Source: an uncultured Candidatus Saccharibacteria bacterium (GTDB taxonomy: Bacteria > Patescibacteriota > Minisyncoccia > Phycocordibacterales > WO2-35-19). From it: 58,085 nt of DNA. The stretch is from assembly GCA_964548205.1 (NCBI GenBank), contig CAZJPJ010000001.1:1-58085 (forward strand). The letters are read 5' to 3'. This document shows positions 54,774 through 58,085 of this stretch, piece by piece (within the stretch, counting starts at the first letter, position 1; the number at the start of each line of letters is the position of its first letter). The position numbers and the translations under genes were made by a program. Below the pieces are notes generated by a model, which was not told the origin of the DNA, searched no databases, and saw only the letters and a list, made by a program, of their open reading frames with translations.

Positions 54774-55120
54774 TATTTTACAAATTCTATTATCGCCATT
54801 GGTGCGCCATCTGACTTTCTTCTATCTGTCTTCAGTATGCGGGTATAACCACCGTTTCTTTTGTCATATTCTTTTGCATACTTCTCTACTTTTTTGGCTG
54901 CAAGTACGCCTATTTTGTCTATGACCATACGCTTAGAAGAAAGAGTGTTCTTTTTCCCTAGAGTGATAATCTTTTCTACGAAGGGCCTGACTTCCTTTGC
55001 TTTTGGTTCTGTAGTTTTTATTTTAGATTTCAAAACTAGAGACCTTGCAAGAGAATTAAGCAGAGCCTTTCTCTGTTTTCTTACTCTTCCGAATTTTCTG
55101 TTTGTATTGTGATGTCTCAT
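54773..55120 (-). CDS. rplQ: 50S ribosomal protein L17
   Basis: MRHHNTNRKFGR, IKTTEPKAKE, RNGGYTRILK. Confidence 0.98.
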   Translation of the reverse strand: MRHHNTNRKFGRVRKQRKALLNSLARSLVLKSKIKTTEPKAKEVRPFVEKIITLGKKNTLSSKRMVIDKIGVLAAKKVEKYAKEYDKRNGGYTRILKTDRRKSDGAPMAIIEFVK

Positions 55121-55147
55121 TTTTTTAAAATCTAAAGCTCCGTTTGA

Positions 55148-56119
55148 TTATTTCAGTGTTATCCCGTGGTCTGAAAGAACCCTCTTTATCTCAGCTACAC
55201 CCTTTGCGCCGAGGCCTTCTATCTCGAGGATATCATCCTCCTTTTTTCTGGCAAGTCCACCAACAGTCCTGATGTTTGCTCCAGAAAGAGCATTCATTGT
55301 ACGAGCAGAAAGCTCGAGAGATTCTATTCTTGTTTTTAGGAACTCTGGGTCAAGTTTTTGATCGTCGATACCTTCATCCTTTGATTCTCCCGTTGTAATC
55401 TCTGGTTCATCAAAAGAGCTGTCTTCAAAGCCAGTTATGGCCCTGAGTTGTTCGATCATAATTCTTATTGAACTTTCCAAAGCTTCTTTAGGTGTGATAC
55501 TTCCATCTGTTTCTAAAGATATTCTTAGACGATTGAAGTCAGTACGATCTCCCACACGCATGTTCTCTACCTCGTAGTTCGCCCTTCTTACTGGTGTGAA
55601 GTTCGCATCAAGTGCAATAGTTCCTATATCAACTCTTGATTTGCTTAGAGCGTCTTTGGCTACAAAACCAAGACCCTTCTCGATAACCATCTCTATTTTG
55701 AGTTCAGTATTTTTATTTGTGATAGTAGCTATATGAATGTCTTTGTCCAAAACTTCTACTTGGCCGGGAGTCTCTATGTCTTGGGCAAGTACCTCACCTT
55801 CACCTTTCTTGTGCAGTGTTACTGTCACAGCTTCATCACCTGTGACATTGAATCTGATCTTCTTGATATTCAAAAGCATGACCAAAACGTCTTCCTTTAT
55901 GCCATCTATAGTAGAAAATTCGTGTTCGACACCATCTATCTTTATAGAAGTGACTGCAGCACCAGGTAAAGAAGACAATATAATCCTACGAAGGCTGTTT
56001 CCGATAGTGTATCCATATCCTGGATACAGGTTGTCTATCTCATACACGCCTTTGTTGCCATCCTCGCTTACTATGCGAGGTTTTGATGGCAATACGATGG
56101 TTTTTTCGAAGTGGTCCAT
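55148..56119 (-). CDS. rpoA: RNA polymerase alpha subunit
   Basis: GYGYTIGNSLRRIILSS, HEFSTIDGIKED, alpha-CTD LELSART. Confidence 0.98.
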   Translation of the reverse strand: MDHFEKTIVLPSKPRIVSEDGNKGVYEIDNLYPGYGYTIGNSLRRIILSSLPGAAVTSIKIDGVEHEFSTIDGIKEDVLVMLLNIKKIRFNVTGDEAVTVTLHKKGEGEVLAQDIETPGQVEVLDKDIHIATITNKNTELKIEMVIEKGLGFVAKDALSKSRVDIGTIALDANFTPVRRANYEVENMRVGDRTDFNRLRISLETDGSITPKEALESSIRIMIEQLRAITGFEDSSFDEPEITTGESKDEGIDDQKLDPEFLKTRIESLELSARTMNALSGANIRTVGGLARKKEDDILEIEGLGAKGVAEIKRVLSDHGITLK

Positions 56120-56190
56120 TTTTTTGGCTTTTAGATACTAATTACGGCTATAAATTATACACTAATTTTATAAAACTTGCAATATCTTGG

Positions 56191-56790
56191 CTATCTCTGA
56201 TAAAACTCAATCACCTGCCCAAGATCAAACAACATTTCTTGCTTCTCAAGACCCGGGTTGTGCTTCAGTGTCACTTCCAGCTTTTCTGTGTCTACCCCCA
56301 ACCATTCTGGTGCGCTCACTTCCTTTATTTTTTCCTTTATATCCACAAACATCTTGTTGTTCTTGCTTCCTTCTCTTATACCTATAACGTCGCCGATTCT
56401 GACTTCACGAGATGGTATAGTTGTCTTTGTACCGTTTACTGTAAAATGACCATGTGCTACTGCCTGCCTTGCTCCACTGTGGGTACTAACCAAGCCTGAT
56501 CTCCATACTATATTGTCGAGCCTTCTTTCTAATGAAGAGTACAAGTTTGCCAAAGGAAGACCTTTCTTATTTTCTAGAGCTTTCTTTACATAGTTTCCGA
56601 ATTGTTTTTCGCTAACCAAATAGAACATTCTTGCTTTTTGCTTTTCTGCCATTTGTAAACCATAATCAGTCTTTGGTCTGAAGCTCCTGACCTTCTTTCC
56701 TTCTCTCAGAGCAAATTTTTGAGTTTGTGTCTTCTCAAACACTGGTGCTCCGAGTCTTCTTGCTATTTTGTATTTTGGTCCAATTTTCAT
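56191..56790 (-). CDS. rpsD: 30S ribosomal protein S4
   Basis: GPKYKIARRLG, EKQKAR, LERRLDNIVWR, ARQAVAHGH. Confidence 0.97.
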   Translation of the reverse strand: MKIGPKYKIARRLGAPVFEKTQTQKFALREGKKVRSFRPKTDYGLQMAEKQKARMFYLVSEKQFGNYVKKALENKKGLPLANLYSSLERRLDNIVWRSGLVSTHSGARQAVAHGHFTVNGTKTTIPSREVRIGDVIGIREGSKNNKMFVDIKEKIKEVSAPEWLGVDTEKLEVTLKHNPGLEKQEMLFDLGQVIEFYQR

Positions 56791-56805
56791 ATCTCTATAT
56801 TTCGT

Positions 56806-57231
56806 TTATACCCTTCTTGGTTTCTTAGGTTTTGGTCCATTAAATGGTACTGGGGTGGCATCTTTGATCGAAAGAAGAGCTACGCCCTTGCTGATAAAAC
56901 CACGTATCGCTGACTCTCTGCCTGCGCCTACGCCTTTTACAATCACAGACACCTCTTTTACACCTAGCGTCTGAGCTTTTTCAGCAAGGACTTCACCGAC
57001 TTTTGCTGCGGCAAATGGTGTTCCCTTTTTTGCCCCCTTAAATCCCAAACTGCCACTTGAGGAACCTGCAAAGACGTTTCCTTTCCTATCAGTAAGCACT
57101 ACTTTTGTGTTGTTGTATGTAGCTTCAATATTCAAAATACCAGATTCGAGTCTTTTGCGAGAAGAGCCACCGGTCTTCTTGCCAGCTTCTGTTGCACTAT
57201 CTTCAGTTGAAACGATTCTTTTCTTTCCCAT
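56806..57231 (-). CDS. rpsK: 30S ribosomal protein S11
   Basis: ATYNNT, GFKGAKKGTPFAA, DATPVPFNG. Confidence 0.98.
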   Translation of the reverse strand: MGKKRIVSTEDSATEAGKKTGGSSRKRLESGILNIEATYNNTKVVLTDRKGNVFAGSSSGSLGFKGAKKGTPFAAAKVGEVLAEKAQTLGVKEVSVIVKGVGAGRESAIRGFISKGVALLSIKDATPVPFNGPKPKKPRRV

Positions 57232-57308
57232 ATTATCTCTAGCTTTTAGTTGCTAGCTTCTGGCTTCTAGTAGGACTAAAAGCAAAAAGCTAATAACTAT
57301 AAGCTACA

Positions 57309-57689
57309 TTACTTCTTATCTACAGCCCTCCTACCGGTACCCATAGTCTTTCTAACGTTGCCTCTGCGAGTCCTAGAGTTTGTCTTGGTACGTTGACCTC
57401 TGACTGGTAGACCTCTCATGTGTCTTGTTCCCCTGTATGATTGTATATCCTTCAATCTCTTTATGTTTGAACTTATTTCGCGTTTTAGATCTCCTTCTAT
57501 TTTGAAACTCTCTACTATCTTTCTTATAGTATTTTCTTTGTCAGTATCTATCTCTTTAGGTTTGGTTCCCAACTCCACCCCTGCTTCTTTCAAGATCTTT
57601 TCTGCTCTTGAGCGACCTATGCCAAAAAGAGTTGTTAGACCGATTTCTAATCTTTTTTCCTCCGGGATTGTTATACCTAAAATTCTCAT
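57309..57689 (-). CDS. rpsM: 30S ribosomal protein S13
   Basis: RILGITIP, YRGTRHMRGLPVRGQRTKTNSRTR. Confidence 0.98.
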   Translation of the reverse strand: MRILGITIPEEKRLEIGLTTLFGIGRSRAEKILKEAGVELGTKPKEIDTDKENTIRKIVESFKIEGDLKREISSNIKRLKDIQSYRGTRHMRGLPVRGQRTKTNSRTRRGNVRKTMGTGRRAVDKK

Positions 57690-57704
57690 AATTTTATTTA
57701 AAAT

Positions 57705-57821
57705 TTAGCCCTGTCTTTGCTTATGTTTCGGATTAGACTTGCACAATATAAACAAAATACCTCGTCTGCGGACAAGTTGGCACTTCGAACATATTTTTTT
57801 TACAGATGCTTTTACTTTCAT
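57705..57821 (-). CDS. rpmJ: 50S ribosomal protein L36 (Zn-binding type)
   Basis: Hand-translated [38 protein letters not shown]; below the ORF-track cutoff. Confidence 0.95.
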   Translation of the reverse strand: MKVKASVKKICSKCQLVRRRGILFILCKSNPKHKQRQG

Positions 57822-57858
57822 TCTAACCTATTGATCGGATCAAGATTGATCTATTATT

Positions 57859-58085
57859 TTATTGTGCAGGCTTTTTATTATCTATTCTTTTGACTATTCT
57901 ACCTTTGCCTCCATAAGAGTCTAACAAAACCTCCACCCTATCTCCTACAAGGACCTTTATCCTATTCAAGCGCATTTTGCCAGCCAAATAGGCTATGAGC
58001 TCTCCCTCTTCTCCGTCTAAGGATACCTTAAAAAGAGTATTCGGTAGTGCTTCTGTGACAGTTCCTACGCTAGATGCCTTTGTGT
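57859..58085 (-). CDS. infA: Translation initiation factor IF-1 (5' end outside the window)
   Basis: Hand-translated ...GTVTEALPNTLFKV...AYLAGKMRLNRIKVLVGDRVEV...GRIVKRIDNKKPAQ*. Confidence 0.93.
   Translation of the reverse strand, partial: TKASSVGTVTEALPNTLFKVSLDGEEGELIAYLAGKMRLNRIKVLVGDRVEVLLDSYGGKGRIVKRIDNKKPAQ

Noticed and set aside
1-58085. Stop-codon reassignment (TGA as Gly, code 25)
   Set aside because: Conserved genes are intact in code 11 and several end in TGA at the expected position (e.g. rpoA, ftsW)

Overview
58-kb window from a small-genome bacterium, most likely Patescibacteria/Parcubacteria (inferred from the compact proteins, gene content and style); standard code, with TGA used as stop. 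The backbone is housekeeping: murJ, lepA, ftsB-like, cysS, corA, ctpA, rplI, rpmA, a MacAB-like ABC system, tyrS, an M23 peptidase, gltX, murG-ftsW-mraY-dac-scpB-scpA, aspS, trpS, grpE-dnaK-dnaJ and the infA-rpmJ-rpsM-rpsK-rpsD-rpoA-rplQ-rplM-rpsI cluster. No rRNA, tRNA, CRISPR array, integrase or transposase was recognised. Accessory highlights: (1) a BcgI-like restriction-modification locus in which the RM gene is joined to the specificity subunit by a textbook -1 ribosomal frameshift signal (G GGA AAA, 6-nt spacer, strong hairpin), with a 24-bp tandem repeat in the inter-TRD linker; (2) an AT-rich island with a PRMT-like double-E-loop methyltransferase coupled to an orphan sensor kinase, next to an EamA exporter and a SpeD-family pyruvoyl decarboxylase; (3) a GC-rich pair of Acidobacteria-style secreted proteins including an S8 protease; (4) an unannotated promoter-to-terminator unit with two tiny hydrophobic ORFs; (5) several classes of short palindromic or heptamer repeats sitting in frame inside lepA, gltX, trpS and another gene; (6) a multi-hairpin leader ahead of a lytic transglycosylase-like gene. 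All family assignments come from motif recognition by eye; no database searches were run.
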